64,000 bases of DNA from Candidatus Saccharicenans sp. (GTDB taxonomy: Bacteria; Acidobacteriota; Aminicenantia; Aminicenantales; Saccharicenantaceae): NCBI GenBank assembly GCA_030017715.1, contig JASEIU010000001.1:146677-210676 (forward strand), in the 5' to 3' direction. Under the pieces are notes generated by a model that saw nothing but the letters and a program-made list of their open reading frames with translations, was not told where the DNA came from and searched no databases. Positions 1-10,143 of the stretch are shown here, in pieces. Made by a program: the position numbers and the translations under genes. Numbering within the stretch: the first letter of the stretch is position 1; each line of letters begins with the position of its first letter.

Positions 1-55
1 ACAGCAAGATCAGTCCGGCCAGAGCCGGGACTGCGGCCATTCTGGTTTTATTCAT
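1..55 (-). CDS. 5' end of an unidentified gene running off the left edge ([18 protein letters not shown]..., signal-peptide-like)
   Basis: The minus-strand ATG at 55-53 overlaps the hflX stop as ATGA. Only 18 codons are visible. Confidence 0.3.
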   Translation of the reverse strand, partial: MNKTRMAAVPALAGLILL

Positions 56-1317
56 GGGCTCTCTCCTTTCTGGAGGTAAGGAAGATAGGCCACCACCCGG
101 CTGCGGTCAGCCGCCACCTGGTATTCCCAGCCCTCGTCGGTCTCGGTCCGGGTGATGATGATGGTCTGCCGGGCCAGAGAACTGGCCAGTTCGGCCCTGG
201 TCCTGGGAATGCGCAGCCTGAAAGTCTCATAATTTTCAAAAAGCAGGCGCCGCAGGCGGCCTTTTAGCTGTTCCAGCCCTTCTCCGGTCAGAGCCGAAAT
301 ATAGAGAGGCGAGTTGCCCGATTCTTTGTTGGCAGCCAGCAGTTCTCTCCTTTCGTTTTCCGGCAGGAGGTCTGTTTTGTTGAATATTTTTATGACCGGA
401 AGTCCGGAAACCTCCAGGTCCTCCAGAATGCGCTCGACAGAATCGGCCTGCTCCAGGGCCCCGGCTGAAGTGGCGTCAACCACGTGCAGCAGGCAATCGG
501 CTTCCCTGATTTCTTCCAGAGTTGCCCGAAAGGCTGAAATCAGCTCCACCGGCAGCTTTTTGATGAATCCGACGGTGTCCGAAAGGAAAAAATACAGGCC
601 GTCGGAAAATGTCACTCGCCTGACCATCGGGTCCAGGGTGGCGAAAAGATGGGGTGAGGTGTAACGGCTCTCTCTGGTCAGCTGGTTGAACAGGGTTGAT
701 TTCCCGGCGCTGGTGTAACCGACCAGAGAGACCGCCGGGATGGGAGACCGGCGACGGCCTTCTCTTTGCCGGGCTCTTCTCTTCTGCAAGCCGTCAATTT
801 CTTTTTTTATCCTGGTAATGCGGTCGGTGATACGGCGCCGGTCTTCTTCCAGCTTTTTTTCGCCGGGGCCACGGGTGCCTATGCCGCCTCCCAGCCTGGA
901 CATGGCCTGCCCGCGTCCCTTGAGCCTGGGCAATAAATAGGTAAGCTGAGCCAGTTCCACCTGAAGTTTGCCTTCGTTGGACCTGGCTCTCTGGGCAAAA
1001 ATGTCAAGGATAATCTGGGTCCGGTCCAAAACCTTGACCCGCAGCGCTTCTTCCAGGCTGCGCTGCTGAACCGGAGTCAGGTTGGAGTCGAAGATCACCA
1101 GGTCGGCCCCGGTTTTCTCCACCAGCTCGGCCAGCTCTTCCACCTTGCCTTCGCCTATGAAAAACCTGGGGCTGACGGCGTTGCGGGTCTGGTAGACCTT
1201 CCCCACTACCGTCGCTCCGGCCGAGACGGCCAGACCGGCCAGTTCGGTCAGGGAATCATCCGCTTCTTCCCTGTCTTTTCTGGAAACGGCCAGATTAACC
1301 AGAATTGCTTTTTCCAT
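52..1317 (-). CDS. hflX: GTPase HflX
   Basis: 421-aa ORF. It has an HflX-type N-terminal domain followed by G motifs [14 protein letters not shown] and NKTD. Confidence 0.9.
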   Translation of the reverse strand: MEKAILVNLAVSRKDREEADDSLTELAGLAVSAGATVVGKVYQTRNAVSPRFFIGEGKVEELAELVEKTGADLVIFDSNLTPVQQRSLEEALRVKVLDRTQIILDIFAQRARSNEGKLQVELAQLTYLLPRLKGRGQAMSRLGGGIGTRGPGEKKLEEDRRRITDRITRIKKEIDGLQKRRARQREGRRRSPIPAVSLVGYTSAGKSTLFNQLTRESRYTSPHLFATLDPMVRRVTFSDGLYFFLSDTVGFIKKLPVELISAFRATLEEIREADCLLHVVDATSAGALEQADSVERILEDLEVSGLPVIKIFNKTDLLPENERRELLAANKESGNSPLYISALTGEGLEQLKGRLRRLLFENYETFRLRIPRTRAELASSLARQTIIITRTETDEGWEYQVAADRSRVVAYLPYLQKGESP

Positions 1318-1321
1318 ATCT

Positions 1322-2254
1322 TTATCGGCTCAGCTGCGTGGCCACGAATTCTTTCAACCCCGGCCTGTCCTTGGCCTCAAACCAGGTTATCCCGGGAGAT
1401 TTCCTGAACCAGGTCAACTGTCTCTTGGCAAAATGCCTGGTCTCAAGCTTGGTCTTTTCAATCGCCTCGGCCAGCGAAATTTCTCCTCTCAGGTACTGCA
1501 AGACCTGTCGGTAACCGAGCCCCTTGAAAGGGGTAGCCGTTTCCGGCACTCCTTGGGCCAGCAGTCGCCTGACTTCTTCCACCAGGCCGCGGGCGAACAT
1601 CCGCTCCACGCGGGCTTCTATTCTCCTGTAAAGTTCAGTCCTCTCTAATTTTAAACCAATCTGAACAAGATGAAAACCCTTTTCCCTGGCCGGCGACCGG
1701 GTCCTGAGAAACTGTCTGGACATGGGCTCTCCGGTCAGGTAATAAATTTCAAGCGCCCTTATTATCCTGATGCTGTCGGCCGGAGTGATCCGGGTGGCAT
1801 ACTCCGGGTCCACTTCTTTTAATTTCTCGTACAGGGCAAGCAGGCCGGCTCTCCCGGCTTCCTGCCTTAATTTTTTTCTGAGCTCCGGGTCCCGGCCCGG
1901 GCCCGGGAAAAGTCCCTCCACCAGGGCCCGGTGATAAAGCCCGGTGCCACCGACCACTATCGGCGTGCGGCCCCGGCTCAGTATGCCCTCGGCCGCTTCC
2001 ACCGCCAGGCTGGCAAAATCGGCGGCCGAAAACTGTTCCCCGGGTTCGACAATATCTATGAGATGATGGGGTACGGCTTCCCTGGCTTCGGGGTCGGGTT
2101 TGTCCGTGCCCAGGTCAAACCCACGGTAAACCTGCATTGAATCGCAGCTTATGATTTCAGCCGGGAATTCCCCGGCCATCCACAGGGCGGTCTGGCTCTT
2201 GCCGACGGCGGTGGGGCCGACAATTATCAGCAGATTCCGGGACTTAATGTCCAA
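1322..2254 (-). CDS. miaA: tRNA dimethylallyltransferase MiaA
   Basis: P-loop GPTAVGKS and [17 protein letters not shown] are typical MiaA strings. There is a 4-nt gap to hflX. Confidence 0.9.
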   Translation of the reverse strand: MDIKSRNLLIIVGPTAVGKSQTALWMAGEFPAEIISCDSMQVYRGFDLGTDKPDPEAREAVPHHLIDIVEPGEQFSAADFASLAVEAAEGILSRGRTPIVVGGTGLYHRALVEGLFPGPGRDPELRKKLRQEAGRAGLLALYEKLKEVDPEYATRITPADSIRIIRALEIYYLTGEPMSRQFLRTRSPAREKGFHLVQIGLKLERTELYRRIEARVERMFARGLVEEVRRLLAQGVPETATPFKGLGYRQVLQYLRGEISLAEAIEKTKLETRHFAKRQLTWFRKSPGITWFEAKDRPGLKEFVATQLSR

Positions 2255-2326
2255 GGCTCGTCCTGAGGATCAAATAAATAAAAATCAGGCTGAGGATGAC
2301 CAGCAGGCCCAGCAGCTGTTTTCTCC

Positions 2327-3427
2327 TCAAAGCAGCTCTCCGGTTCGGGCCAGGATGCCGGCCACGGTGGCTTCGTGCTGATTGCCGAGATTTTTCTTGA
2401 CCAGCAGCAGCTCGGCTGCCAGGATTTCGTCAAAGCCCCGCAGCAGGTTTTTCTTGTCTTCCGGGCTCAGGTCATTAAGGCTCATCTTCAGCATGGCTCT
2501 GGGCTCAAAACTTCCGTCCGGCCTTATTTCCAGATTGCGGAATATAGGGTCCAGGTATTCCTGGGCTTCGCGGTAACACTTCTCGATCAAGCTGAAGGCG
2601 ACCGGCCCCAGTTGTTTGGCAATGTATCGGCAGATAAAAGCGCTCTTTTCGTTAAAGGCCAGCAAGCTCTTTTCCAGGTCGGGAACTCCGGGCCGACCGT
2701 TATTTTCCAGGGCGGCCTGGTTGACGTTGAACTCTACCAGCTTCAGACAGGCCAGAGCCAGGAGGGTTTTTTTGGTCTCGGTCGGTCCCAGCCAGGAATT
2801 TTTTAACAGCTGTCCGTAGCTCTGGGGAGTCTGTAACTGGTTCCAGAGGTAAAGTTCTGGGCTCCTGAGGTCGATTTTTCGGGTGTAAGGCGGGGCCTGG
2901 CGGAAGATGATCTCCTTTTCGGCCGGCAACCAGCTTCCCAGGTGTTGCGGGCGGGAAATCTGCCTGAAACCCCGCAGGATCAGGTCGGGGGTGAACAGGC
3001 CTTTGACAATTATCTCCTGGCCCGGAATTTCTTCTTCCTGGAAGCTCAACCTGACCGGGGGCAGGTTGAAAAAATCGGTCAGCCTGACAGCCAGGAACTC
3101 CCGGGCCAGGTCCAGCGCTTCCTGGGCCGGCAGGAAGCCGTGCTCGATGAGGACAGCCAGCATCGAGCTGATGTTATCAGCGCCGAGGAGCTGGCGGTTG
3201 AGCCTCAACGGCGGTTCTATTTTTCTGATTTCCTGAAGCCAGTCCAGGAAATCTTTTTCCGGAAAATACTTTTTTACCGGGGTGAGTTCGCCTTTCACCA
3301 GACAGAATTGCTTTTCGTAAGGCCCGGGATTGAGGACCAGCCGCCCGGTCTTCTGGTTCTCCCAGAGCTGGAAAAGGTAAAAGGGCAGAAAATTGCCAAG
3401 GTTGTTTTTTCCGGATGGCTCAGCCAT
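2327..3427 (-). CDS. hypothetical protein, DUF4388 (PatA N-terminal)-like
   Basis: 366-aa ORF. The N-terminus LGNFLPFYLFQLWENQKTGRLVL resembles the DUF4388 signature. The rest is unrecognised. Confidence 0.5.
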   Translation of the reverse strand: MAEPSGKNNLGNFLPFYLFQLWENQKTGRLVLNPGPYEKQFCLVKGELTPVKKYFPEKDFLDWLQEIRKIEPPLRLNRQLLGADNISSMLAVLIEHGFLPAQEALDLAREFLAVRLTDFFNLPPVRLSFQEEEIPGQEIIVKGLFTPDLILRGFRQISRPQHLGSWLPAEKEIIFRQAPPYTRKIDLRSPELYLWNQLQTPQSYGQLLKNSWLGPTETKKTLLALACLKLVEFNVNQAALENNGRPGVPDLEKSLLAFNEKSAFICRYIAKQLGPVAFSLIEKCYREAQEYLDPIFRNLEIRPDGSFEPRAMLKMSLNDLSPEDKKNLLRGFDEILAAELLLVKKNLGNQHEATVAGILARTGELL

Positions 3428-3473
3428 AGCCTTAATTTATAGAGGCTGAGCCGAGTTGTCAACCGCTGTCGGT

Positions 3474-4208
3474 CTACTGGTACCGGCCCATTCCCCAGAC
3501 GGTCAGCGCGATGTTGACGGCGGCCTTAAGAGCCCAGAAAAGATAGGAAATAATCAGGGATTTCTTCAGGTCAATCTTGAATATGGCCGACAGTCCGTAT
3601 CCCAGGACCCCGAACATCCAGAGCTGGAACAGGTCAATGTTATTGAGAACAATGAAAGGAGTGGAGTTGAATTCCAGTTTCGGAAAGAAAACGGCCAGGC
3701 CGGTGGAAATTTTATAGACCGACTGTTTGGCGGTTATCAGAAAAAATCGCAGGGCGTTGCCCAGAACGACGTTGATGAAGCCGGCGTGAAACATGGCGCT
3801 GAGCAGCTGGCGGTAGTTGCCCTGGACGGAACCGGAGACCAGCCTTCCCAGGACCAGGAGCAGAATCGACTGGAGAAAAACGGCGATCAGGGTCATCAGG
3901 CCGACGCTCAGTCCGCTCTGGATTTTATAGGTCGGAGAGGCGGCTTCAGCCTCTTTGTGTATTCTGTCCATGTATTTGGCATAGCCTTCTTCGCCCAATC
4001 TCTGTCTCAGCATTTCTTTCATCTTGGGGCTGTTGTCCGTAAGATCGGCGGCGTCACGGGCGGAAAAGGGAGCGATCAGGAAGCCGAAAAGAAAAGCGGC
4101 TAAAAGAACGATCACCATGGCCTCAAGCCAGACCGGCTTTTCGGCCAGGACCCCAAAAGTCTCCTTCGGTCCGGTGAAAACCCCGATGAATCTTTGCCCT
4201 AAGTTCAT
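3474..4208 (-). CDS. Yip1-domain multi-pass membrane protein
   Basis: 244 aa with about 5 hydrophobic helices. The N-terminus [17 protein letters not shown] resembles bacterial YIP1-family proteins. Its start overlaps the ABC ATPase stop (ATGA at 4205-4208). Confidence 0.6.
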   Translation of the reverse strand: MNLGQRFIGVFTGPKETFGVLAEKPVWLEAMVIVLLAAFLFGFLIAPFSARDAADLTDNSPKMKEMLRQRLGEEGYAKYMDRIHKEAEAASPTYKIQSGLSVGLMTLIAVFLQSILLLVLGRLVSGSVQGNYRQLLSAMFHAGFINVVLGNALRFFLITAKQSVYKISTGLAVFFPKLEFNSTPFIVLNNIDLFQLWMFGVLGYGLSAIFKIDLKKSLIISYLFWALKAAVNIALTVWGMGRYQ

Positions 4209-4918
4209 ATCCAGACTCCTTTCTTTTCTTCTTTTTCTATCAGTCCGTCTTTAATGTGTATGATTCGCTGAGCGTGATTGGCCACCTCGCGGTCGTGGGT
4301 GACCATGATGATGGTATTTCCGCTGTCATGAATCTTGTGAAACAACCTGAGTATCTCCTGGCCGGTCCGGCTGTCCAGGTTGCCCGTCGGTTCGTCGGCC
4401 AGCAGCAGGGCCGGCTCGTTGACCAGAGCTCTGGCGATGGCTACCCGCTGTCGTTCTCCGCCGGAAAGTTCGGCCGGCAGGTGATGCATCCGGTCTTTCA
4501 TTTCCACCATCTCCAGGGCCCGGCGGGCTTTTTCCCGGCGCTCTTCCTTGCTGGCCCCGGCGTAAATCAACGGCAATTCCACATTCTTGAAGGCATTGGC
4601 CCTGGCCAGCAGATTGAAAACCTGGAAGACAAAGCCAATTTCTTTGTTCCGGATGCGGGCCAGCTCGTCCTCGGTCAGGGTGCTGACCTGCTGCCCGTTG
4701 AGGTAGTATTCGCCAGAAGTAGGAGTGTCCAGACAGCCGAGGATGTTCATCAGGGTTGATTTGCCGGAGCCGCTGGGGCCCATAATGGCCACGAATTCAT
4801 TCCTCCTGATGGTCAGGCTTACTCCGCGCAGGGCTTCCACCTGCTGTTTATCCAGCTGGTAGATTTTTTTGAGATCCTTAGCCAGGATCAGTTCATCGTC
4901 GGCAGGCTGGACCGGCAT
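4205..4918 (-). CDS. ABC transporter ATP-binding protein (MacB/LolD-type, ATPase only)
   Basis: Walker [10 protein letters not shown], signature [15 protein letters not shown] and Walker B LLLADEPT are present. At 237 aa it has no fused permease. Confidence 0.9.
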   Translation of the reverse strand: MPVQPADDELILAKDLKKIYQLDKQQVEALRGVSLTIRRNEFVAIMGPSGSGKSTLMNILGCLDTPTSGEYYLNGQQVSTLTEDELARIRNKEIGFVFQVFNLLARANAFKNVELPLIYAGASKEERREKARRALEMVEMKDRMHHLPAELSGGERQRVAIARALVNEPALLLADEPTGNLDSRTGQEILRLFHKIHDSGNTIIMVTHDREVANHAQRIIHIKDGLIEKEEKKGVWI

Positions 4919-4921
4919 CGC

Positions 4922-6160
4922 TCATTTCCTTTCCACCTTCAACAGGTTTCCTTCCTTCAGGTCGCGCAGGGCAGAGTAAGGCCCGGTTACGATTTCCTGG
5001 CCCTCTTCCAGCCCGGAGACAATTTCTACCATCATTCCGCCCATGATTCCTTTTTTAACCGGCTGAAACCGGGCCCGGCTGTTTTCTATCCGGAAGACTC
5101 CCTCTTCTTCTCTGGCTTTCTCGGAGGTCGGCCGGGCAGCCTGGTCTTTTTCGTCATCTTTTTTGGGCTCGCGTATCACCAGAGCGGCGATGGGCACCGC
5201 CAGGATATCCTTCTTTTCAGCCACTATGATATCGGCCGAAGCCGAAAGTCCGGGTTTGAGCTGGTGGCCGCTGTCTTCCAGGGTGATGACCACCTTGAAG
5301 TTCCTGGATTCCTGAGAGCCCAGAGTGGTCCTATCCAGAGCCGAGCTGCCGATTTCCGTGACCTGTCCTTTGAAGATCTGATCAGGAAAAGCATCCACTT
5401 TGACCCTGGAGGTCTGGCCGACTTTGACGTTGACCACGTCGGTTTCGTCCACCTCGACTTCCACTTCCATTATGGACAGGTCGGCGATGGTCAGGAGGAC
5501 TGTTCCAGGATTGTTCATGGTGCCCACTATAGCCACCTCTCCCTCTTCCACTCTCAGGCTGGTGACCATGCCGTCGATGGGCGAGGTATAGGTGGTTTTC
5601 TTGAGGTCGTCCAGGGTGCTCTTCAGATTGGCTTCCGCCTGTTTTATCTGGTATCTCAGCGACTGCAGGGTGGCTGAGGAAACTTCATACTGGACGCGGG
5701 CGCCTTCCAGCTGGTCCTTGGAAATCAGGGAGCTGTCAAAGAGTTGTTTCTGACGTTCATAATAACTCTTGTCGCGACGATACTGGGCTTCAGCCCTTAT
5801 CAACTCAGCCTTAAATTGATTGATGTTGGCCCGGATACGGTCTACCTGGGCCTCAAAGTAAGTGGGGTCAATTTGCAGCAGGAAATCCCCGGCCTTTACT
5901 TCCTGACCCTCTTTGACCCCGATCTTCACAATCCGACCGGCCACCAGGGCGCTGATGTTGATATTCTTTTTGGGTTTGATTTCCCCGGAAGCCGAAATAA
6001 TGGAGGTTATGTCCTGTTTTTTAACTTTGTCCACTGTGACCTTGATGGCTTTTTCGCGCGAAGCCTGAAGATTCAGGAATACAATAGCGGCGATTATCAG
6101 GATGATGACGATAAATAACAACAGTCTGGTTTTCTTTTTTGAACCTTTCTTTTCAGTCAT
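4922..6160 (-). CDS. HlyD/MacA-family periplasmic adaptor (membrane fusion protein)
   Basis: It has an N-terminal TM helix, a coiled-coil segment and a beta-barrel/lipoyl-like layout. It lies 3 nt upstream of the ABC ATPase. Confidence 0.8.
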   Translation of the reverse strand: MTEKKGSKKKTRLLLFIVIILIIAAIVFLNLQASREKAIKVTVDKVKKQDITSIISASGEIKPKKNINISALVAGRIVKIGVKEGQEVKAGDFLLQIDPTYFEAQVDRIRANINQFKAELIRAEAQYRRDKSYYERQKQLFDSSLISKDQLEGARVQYEVSSATLQSLRYQIKQAEANLKSTLDDLKKTTYTSPIDGMVTSLRVEEGEVAIVGTMNNPGTVLLTIADLSIMEVEVEVDETDVVNVKVGQTSRVKVDAFPDQIFKGQVTEIGSSALDRTTLGSQESRNFKVVITLEDSGHQLKPGLSASADIIVAEKKDILAVPIAALVIREPKKDDEKDQAARPTSEKAREEEGVFRIENSRARFQPVKKGIMGGMMVEIVSGLEEGQEIVTGPYSALRDLKEGNLLKVERK

Positions 6161-6328
6161 AACAGTGTCCTTTGAGGCAATCGATTTTCGTTAATTATAC
6201 TTCATTTTACGGAATTTTGCCCAAAAGGTTTAATTTATCTGGCCGTCTGGCTCCGCTCTTGCCAGGAAAAGCCACCGTTCGGCCGTCATTCCTGCCGAGT
6301 GCGGAGCCAGGAAAACTTGCATAATTTA

Positions 6329-6357
6329 TTGCCAGGGACCCGCCAGGCTGGTAAGAT
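6329..6357 (+). promoter_or_regulatory. sigma70-like promoter, TTGCCA-N17-TAAGAT, ending 6 nt before the IMPase ATG
   Basis: Read directly: -35 at 6329-6334 and -10 at 6352-6357. There is no Shine-Dalgarno between the -10 and the ATG at 6364. Confidence 0.35.
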
Positions 6358-6363
6358 TCTCTC

Positions 6364-7155
6364 ATGGACAACCCGGCCATATATCTGCCCGAAGCCCGCG
6401 AAGCCGCCCAGGAAGCCGGCCGCTATTTGCTTCAGGGGCTGGGCCAGAAAAAAGAGGTTGATTTCAAGGGCCAGGTGGACCTGGTCACCAGCTTCGACCG
6501 GAGGTCTGAAGAGATGATCTTCAGGCGGCTCAGCCAGGCCTTTCCCGACCACAGTTTTCTGGCGGAAGAAGAGATCCGACGCGACAGAGCCTCGGATTAT
6601 TGCTGGCTGGTCGACCCGCTGGACGGCACTACCAACTATGCTCACGGACTGCCAGTTTTCTGCGTGTCCATTGCTCTGAGCTTCAAGAAAGAAGTCGTTC
6701 TGGGCGTGGTATATGATCCCGCCCGAGAAGAGATTTTTACCGCCGTCAGGGGCCAGGGAGCTTATCTTAACGGACAACCGGTCAGAGTTTCGGAGACGGC
6801 GGAGCTGGGCAGAAGCCTTCTGGCCACCGGTTTCCCCTATGATGTCCGGAGTAGCAACGATAACAATCTAGACCATTTTTCCAATTTTGCGGTCAGAGCC
6901 CAGGCCATCAGGCGACTCGGTTCGGCGGCTTTAGACCTGTGCTATGTTGCCTGCGGTCGCTTCGACGGCTACTGGGAGAAAAAGCTTAAGCCCTGGGACC
7001 TGGCGGCCGGTAGCTTGCTGGTGGAAGAAGCGGGCGGACGGGTCAGCAACCTGGAAGGCGGCGACTTTAATGTTTTCAGCCCCCATATCGTGGCCAGCAA
7101 CGGTCATATTCATCAGTCTATGCTGGAAATTCTAAGCCTTGGTTTAGTAAAATGA
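6364..7155 (+). CDS. inositol monophosphatase family protein (SuhB-like)
   Basis: It carries WLVDPLDGTTNY and WDLAAGSLLVEEAGG, the IMPase metal-binding motifs. Confidence 0.85.
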   Translation: MDNPAIYLPEAREAAQEAGRYLLQGLGQKKEVDFKGQVDLVTSFDRRSEEMIFRRLSQAFPDHSFLAEEEIRRDRASDYCWLVDPLDGTTNYAHGLPVFCVSIALSFKKEVVLGVVYDPAREEIFTAVRGQGAYLNGQPVRVSETAELGRSLLATGFPYDVRSSNDNNLDHFSNFAVRAQAIRRLGSAALDLCYVACGRFDGYWEKKLKPWDLAAGSLLVEEAGGRVSNLEGGDFNVFSPHIVASNGHIHQSMLEILSLGLVK

Positions 7156-7174
7156 TCAAACGAGAGAAGGGAAT

Positions 7175-7708
7175 ATGAAGCCAGGCCGAATTTCTGTCCT
7201 GACAATCGTCTCCATAATTTATTTATCGCTTTTCCAGGCCGGAGCTCATGAATTTCAGGCCGCGACCGGTCAGGAACAGGAGAATGGCCTGGTTCTCGTG
7301 AAGCAAGTTGAGGTTAAGGCTGCCCTGGGCTGGGTGGACACCGGTCTCGATGTAAAAGAGGGAGAAAGATTAATCCTGCGGGCTTCAGGCACCATTTCGC
7401 TCCAGAAGGGAAATCCCGTAGCCGGTTGCGGCCCCGAAGGGCTCGACCTGCAAACGCCTCAACAGCCGTTGCCCGACCGAAACCTGGGGGCGGCGGTGGG
7501 CCGGGTGGTCAAGGTTCTTAGCGTCACCAAGGATGAGGAGACCGGCGAGGAAATAAGAGAAGAGGTGAGCACCGTCTTCTATATAGGGTCGGCGGTGGAG
7601 GTGGAGCTCACGCTGGCAGGCCGCCTGTATCTGGGGGTAAATGACAATGTCTATGCCGACAACGACGGTCAGTTTACGGTCAGCATCTTCAGGAAGAAAA
7701 CGGAATAG
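7175..7708 (+). CDS. secreted protein, possibly LecA/PA-IL-like lectin fold
   Basis: It has a signal peptide. The strings GWVDTGLDV..LRASGTI..GCGPEG..GAAVGRV..GRLYLGVNDNVYADNDGQFTVSI resemble the PA-IL pattern. Confidence 0.5.
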   Translation: MKPGRISVLTIVSIIYLSLFQAGAHEFQAATGQEQENGLVLVKQVEVKAALGWVDTGLDVKEGERLILRASGTISLQKGNPVAGCGPEGLDLQTPQQPLPDRNLGAAVGRVVKVLSVTKDEETGEEIREEVSTVFYIGSAVEVELTLAGRLYLGVNDNVYADNDGQFTVSIFRKKTE

Positions 7709-7723
7709 CCTTCTCCGGCTTTT

Positions 7724-9085
7724 TTAACCCACAACATCAGCCCTGGCTTTATGATTGAGGAAGTGCTCCATAAACTGGGTGTTGTAATTGCCTTTGACAA
7801 AATCGTCGCTGGAAAGAATGTTCAGCAGCAGGGGAATATTGGTTTTTATGCCGACGATGGTGGTGGTTTCCAGGGCGGCTTTCATCTTGGAGATGGCCAG
7901 TTGCCTGGTAGGGGCATAGGCAATAATCTTGGCCAGCAGAGAATCATAATAAGGCGGAATCTCCCAGCCGGCGTAGGCGGCTGAATCCACCCGGATGCCT
8001 TCGCCGCCGGGAAACACCAGGAAATCTATTTTCCCCGGAGAGGGAATAAAGGTCTCCGGGTCCTCGGCGTTAATACGGCACTCAATGGCATGCCCGCGCA
8101 TTTCCAGTTCCATCGGGAAGTTTATCTTTTCGCCGGCGGCTACCCTGATCTGGGCCTTGATCAGGTTGATGCCGTAAACCATCTCGGTGATAGGGTGCTC
8201 GACCTGCACTCTGGTGTTGGCTTCCATAAAATAGAATTTTTTCTTTTCGTCCACCAGGAATTCGAACGTGCCCAGGCTGCGGTAGCCGATCTCTTCGGCC
8301 GCATCCCGGGTTTCCTTCATCATCCTGTTCCTGGTGCGCTCGTCCAGGAAGGGAGAGGGAGTCTCCTCGATTATTTTCTGGTACTTCCTCTGGACGCTGC
8401 ACTCTCTCTCGCCGAAAGCTATGACTTTTCCCCTGCTGTCGCCGATGACCTGAATTTCAATGTGCCGGGCTCCGCTGATGTATTTCTCAAGATAAAGGGA
8501 GGGGTCGCCGAAGGCAGCCTTAGCTTCATTTTGAGCCATGGGAAACTGTTCTTCCAGGTGAGCGGCGCTGCGGCAGATCCTCATGCCCTTGCCTCCGCCG
8601 CCGGCGGCCGCCTTGATTATAACCGGATAACCGATCTTCTGGGCAACTTTCCTGGCCTCGGCTACGTCTTCCAGGATAATGTCGCTGCCGGGGACAACGG
8701 GCAGGCCGGCTTTTTTCATCGCCTGGCGGGCCCGGTTCTTGTCACCCATTAACTTGATAATGTCCGGCGGCGGGCCGATGAAGACGAAGCCTGAGTTCTG
8801 ACAGATCTCGGCGAACTTGGCATTTTCAGCCAGAAAGCCGTAACCAGGATGGATGGCTTCAGCCCCGGTAATTTCGGCCGCGCTCAGGATGTTGGGGATA
8901 TTCAGGTAACTGTCTGAAGCTTTGGCCGGACCGATGCAGACGCTCTCGTCGGCCAGCATGGCATGGAGCGAATTGCGGTCGGCCTCGGAGTAAACCGCCA
9001 CCGTCTTGATTCCGAGTTCCTTGCAGGACCTGATTATTCTTAGGGCTATTTCGCCCCGGTTGGCTATCAGAATTTTTGAGAACAT
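7724..9085 (-). CDS. accC: acetyl-CoA carboxylase biotin carboxylase subunit
   Basis: 453 aa. The N-terminus MFSKILIANRGEIALRIIR and an ATP-grasp region are conserved throughout. Confidence 0.95.
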   Translation of the reverse strand: MFSKILIANRGEIALRIIRSCKELGIKTVAVYSEADRNSLHAMLADESVCIGPAKASDSYLNIPNILSAAEITGAEAIHPGYGFLAENAKFAEICQNSGFVFIGPPPDIIKLMGDKNRARQAMKKAGLPVVPGSDIILEDVAEARKVAQKIGYPVIIKAAAGGGGKGMRICRSAAHLEEQFPMAQNEAKAAFGDPSLYLEKYISGARHIEIQVIGDSRGKVIAFGERECSVQRKYQKIIEETPSPFLDERTRNRMMKETRDAAEEIGYRSLGTFEFLVDEKKKFYFMEANTRVQVEHPITEMVYGINLIKAQIRVAAGEKINFPMELEMRGHAIECRINAEDPETFIPSPGKIDFLVFPGGEGIRVDSAAYAGWEIPPYYDSLLAKIIAYAPTRQLAISKMKAALETTTIVGIKTNIPLLLNILSSDDFVKGNYNTQFMEHFLNHKARADVVG

Positions 9086-9090
9086 GTTTC

Positions 9091-9621
9091 TCAGGCGCTC
9101 GCTTTGATGGCAAAGAGTCTCTGCCCGTATTCAACCGGTTTGCCGTTCTCTACCAGTATGTCCACCACCTGACCGTTGACGTCGCACTCAATCTCGTTCA
9201 TCAGCTTCATGGCTTCAACGATGCACAGGGTCTGCCCTTTTTTAACCGTGTCGCCTATGTCCACGAAGGGGGGAGAGGTGGGAGAGGGTGCCCGGTAAAA
9301 AGTTCCGACCATGGGTGAAGTGACATAGTGAATGTTTTTATCCTCGGCCGGGGCCGGGGCGGGAATTTCGCCGTTGACCGTGACCATCCGGGCCTGGGTT
9401 TCAGACACGGCCGGGGTTAACAAAACCTGAGCCGGGCCCGATGAATTGCCCGGGCTGCGGCTGAGTTTTATCTTGAAACCTTCCACTTCCAGCTCGAACT
9501 GGGTGAGATTCTTTTCTTCCAGGAGCGCTATCAACTTGCGGAGCTCTTCGTAATCGATTTTCGAGCGGAAAGGACTTTCCTGGCCTGAATCAACAGGCTT
9601 ACCGTTCTTTTGAGTCATCAT
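9091..9621 (-). CDS. accB: biotin carboxyl carrier protein
   Basis: The C-terminal biotinyl domain carries [10 protein letters not shown]. It lies 5 nt upstream of accC. Confidence 0.9.
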   Translation of the reverse strand: MMTQKNGKPVDSGQESPFRSKIDYEELRKLIALLEEKNLTQFELEVEGFKIKLSRSPGNSSGPAQVLLTPAVSETQARMVTVNGEIPAPAPAEDKNIHYVTSPMVGTFYRAPSPTSPPFVDIGDTVKKGQTLCIVEAMKLMNEIECDVNGQVVDILVENGKPVEYGQRLFAIKASA

Positions 9622-9644
9622 TCACCTTCCTGAAAATTAGTAAA

Positions 9645-9673
9645 ACTTTACCCAGAACAGACTGGATTGTCAA
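9645..9673 (-). promoter_or_regulatory. sigma70-like promoter for accBC, TTGACA-N17-TAAAGT
   Basis: Minus strand: -35 at 9673-9668 and -10 at 9650-9645. The RBS GGAAGGTG precedes the ATG at 9621. Confidence 0.5.
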
Positions 9674-10143
9674 GCCGGAAAAAGAGGCTGGGCATAATAT
9701 TATTATAATCAATAATATAGCCGCGCGGGCAACTTTTCTTTGACTGCTTCCTGCCGAACCGGAGGCTGCCTCCCGTTTGCTCCTGATCCGACCTGCCCTT
9801 ATACCCCGAAATTCTGCGCCGGGCCCCTGATTATCTGACGACTCCGGGCTTTGGAAACCGGCGCTTCTCAATTGTCCCGGTAAGAGAAACGGACTCTATT
9901 TTAAGTGATTACATCCAGATTGAGCCGCAGGTGCATGAGCTGTCGGGGGATCGGCGGCTGCCGACCGGGTGCCGCGTCTATCCTGCCGGGCCGGCCCGAC
10001 TCGGATTGCCGGCAGGGAAGCACGGCGACCGGGGACTGTTTCCGGTTCGGGACATCATCGAACTGGAGACGCGCCCGCTCCCGGGGGCCGGATTGACCTT
10101 CCGGGCGGGCAGGCGTAAGATTTATGGCAGTCAGGTGAACTCG

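Noticed and set aside
1317-1322. The absence of hfq between miaA and hflX, which are adjacent as miaA-hfq-hflX in enterobacteria.
   Set aside because: That gene order is lineage-specific. A direct miaA-hflX junction is not informative by itself.
8090-8752. Long antisense or off-frame ORFs inside well-supported genes. Examples are 8090-8752 in accC, 10594-11154 in ffh, 17562-18524 in hrpA, 28482-29147 and 30493-31218 in hydrogenase genes, 33680-34276, 34550-35194, 43383-44174 in the symporter and 50055-50867 in ClC.
   Set aside because: Their translations are Arg/Gly/Pro-rich and low in information, and they overlap genes with strong family motifs. They are typical shadow ORFs of GC-rich coding DNA.
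9931-10143. An N-terminal extension of ffh as given in the ORF track (510 aa).
   Set aside because: The extension has no Ffh-like sequence. The conserved N domain begins at MFEQLTEKL (10144).
9720-10143. An SRP RNA (ffs) next to ffh.
   Set aside because: I looked on both strands for the helix-8 signature (a GGAA tetraloop closed by a stem, with AGCA on the 3' side). The only GGAA-containing string, GCAGGGAAGCAC, cannot form the closing stem.
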